A stretch of 64,000 nt of DNA from Macrostomum lignano (lineage: Eukaryota), in NCBI GenBank assembly GCA_002269645.1, contig NIVC01001430.1:226119-290118 (forward strand), read 5' to 3'. Positions 62,737-64,000 of the stretch are shown here, piece by piece. Under the pieces are notes generated by a model. It worked only from the letters and a program-made list of their open reading frames with translations, made no database searches and was not told where the DNA came from. Made by a program: the position numbers and the translations under genes. How positions within the stretch are numbered: position 1 is the first letter of the stretch; the number at the start of each line of letters is the position of its first letter.

Positions 62737-63160
62737 CTAGGCACCCAAACGCTGTTTTACGTTCATAACACGGGATACCAGTTTTGCGGCCAAACGTTCC
62801 CCCACTTAGTTGTAGGATCCGCAGCAATCTCTCGAGCTCCTGCTTCGAGTTGTTGATCGGCCTTTGAACGCTCTGCCACGTCCGAGTGCTTCTCGTATGC
62901 CAGGTCGTGTAAGAGACACAATTTATCGAGCCGATTCTTCCCAGTATCGCCCCGCGCTAAACGTTCTCTCAATCTGGTCCCGGGGCGCAGAATTGGTAAC
63001 CCCCCGGCAAATGAAGCTCCCCTGGGAGATGATTTATTACCCAATTAACAATACCAAACCCCGTCTGACCTCGACGAGAAGAGATTTTCTTAGCTCGAGT
63101 CGACTTTGCTGCTGTCGAACGCACTCGCTTCTTCTTCTTCTGTCGGCCTTGTGTTCCCAT
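62737..63160 (-). pseudogene. Parvovirus VP1u-like phospholipase A2, two apparent 1-nt deletions (141 aa when restored)
   Basis: LHLPGGYQFC[G]PGTRL...LDKLCLLHDLAY...ADQQL. Restoring a G at ~62986 and ~62800 yields one ORF ending 1 nt before the ATPase ATG. Confidence 0.85.
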
Positions 63161-63303
63161 CCCACTTAATTGTACCAAAAGAACCAATTGCATTTGCTTA
63201 TACACACAGTGGTTAAATCACGAGCAGTATATTGTATTAATAATCAAAGTGACAAGCCGCCACCATTCCCACCACCGACCGACGGCTCCGGGCGTGACCA
63301 GCA

Positions 63304-63799
63304 TCACATGTTAGTGCTGCCCATGCCACCCGTCTCGCGAACCGCCACCGGCTCCGGTTGTCGTGCCACACCCCGGCAGCTGGCCCTCGCGAGCTCGACG
63401 ACTTCTACCGGGGCGTGACGCAGCGCTCCAGAATCAATTGGGCCAACGCTGGTGGCACACGACAGATGAACTTTCTCATCTGACGTGTTGTGCAGGATCA
63501 CGCGGTTCCCGTATAGTCCGGGTCAACCACGCCCCCGCACATTTAGGCCTCGGTTGGCCCAACTGGACCGGCTCGCTATCCGACCATGGTGCCCGGCGGC
63601 GGCAGCATCACCCGGAGGCCGGTGCGAATGATGGCCGTGTCAAAGGCCTTCACAGTGCGGTCTTCGCACGTGGTAGGTCGTAGCCACACCCACGGCCGTA
63701 GCTCGCGAGGCATCACTGCCCCGGCATCCGTGAGCACTACGCGCAGCGGGACGTCGAGCAAGAGTCGGAGCTCATAGTGGCTGCGGGATCATAGTTCAT
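63304..63799 (-). pseudogene. dut: Trimeric dUTPase with several frameshifts
   Basis: Motifs in order across frames: GYDL, IIRTGL, ASRSS, GVVDPDYTG, ILHN, RETGGMGST. Confidence 0.8.
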
Positions 63800-64000
63800 C
63801 TTATGCTTAGGAGGTTCTTCGTCCTCTAAAATAAGTCTAGTACTACCCGCGTAATCCTCGTCCGCAATCAAAAAAACTAAGCCTAGTACTAATCCCCTGC
63901 AACTGCCATCATAGGCCTAGAAAAACGAAGAGAAAGAAGGAAAGGCGGATTCTTGCATATACATTCGATAATTGCGCGCATATATTGTGTGCAGAAAAAG

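Larger units (their letters stand above)
58188..63202 (-). promoter_or_regulatory. Repeated TATAAGCA promoter-like motif at 58188-58195, 59871-59878, 61027-61034, 62030-62037 and 63195-63202
   Basis: Exact 8-mer five times on the coding strand. Four copies sit 34-39 nt upstream of an ATG, and the fifth 117 nt upstream of the MCP ATG. Confidence 0.7.
55889..64000 (-). mobile_element. Endogenous Polinton/Maverick (adintovirus-like) virus, partial in this window
   Basis: Compact, apparently intronless same-strand cluster of PRO, MCP, INT, mCP, ATPase and PLA2. Candidate terminus AGTAGTATTATT at 55889. pPolB and the other terminus are not in the window. Confidence 0.93.

Noticed and set aside
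57013-63777. Plus-strand ORFs overlapping the viral genes
   Set aside because: Antisense shadows of GC-rich minus-strand CDSs, with no motifs.
63830-63890. TAGTACTAC/TAGTACTA as the right-hand Polinton terminus
   Set aside because: The adjacent sequence is not an inverted copy of 55889 onward, no CAGGTG TSD follows, and pPolB has not yet appeared.

Overview
Eukaryotic (invertebrate) genomic DNA, with no prokaryotic genes, rRNA or CRISPR. GC-rich exons, AT-rich spacers and minisatellite-stuffed introns resemble a free-living flatworm such as Macrostomum (inference only). Host genes reconstructed with GT-AG junctions: a cohesin SA/STAG subunit (minus, 5806-16042, ~1154 aa), an IRF-family transcription factor (minus, 18735-23235, ~415 aa), two tandem class-A-like GPCR paralogues (29994-31680, 39673-41198), CTU2 (~49775-53438, 5' end unresolved) and two orphan exons. 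Between them lie RTE-type LINE fragments, a decayed Ty3/Gypsy element with its 3' LTR, tRNA-derived SINEs, MITE/foldback elements, Crypton-like remnants and many tandem arrays. The last ~8 kb (55889-64000, minus, apparently continuing past the window) is an endogenous Polinton/Maverick (adintovirus-like) virus: protease, major capsid, core-like proteins, integrase, split penton, packaging ATPase, PLA2 and dUTPase. No pPolB or second terminus is visible. Its genes fall into stop-start-coupled groups, most headed by a shared TATAAGCA motif. All homology calls are from recalled motifs, not database searches.
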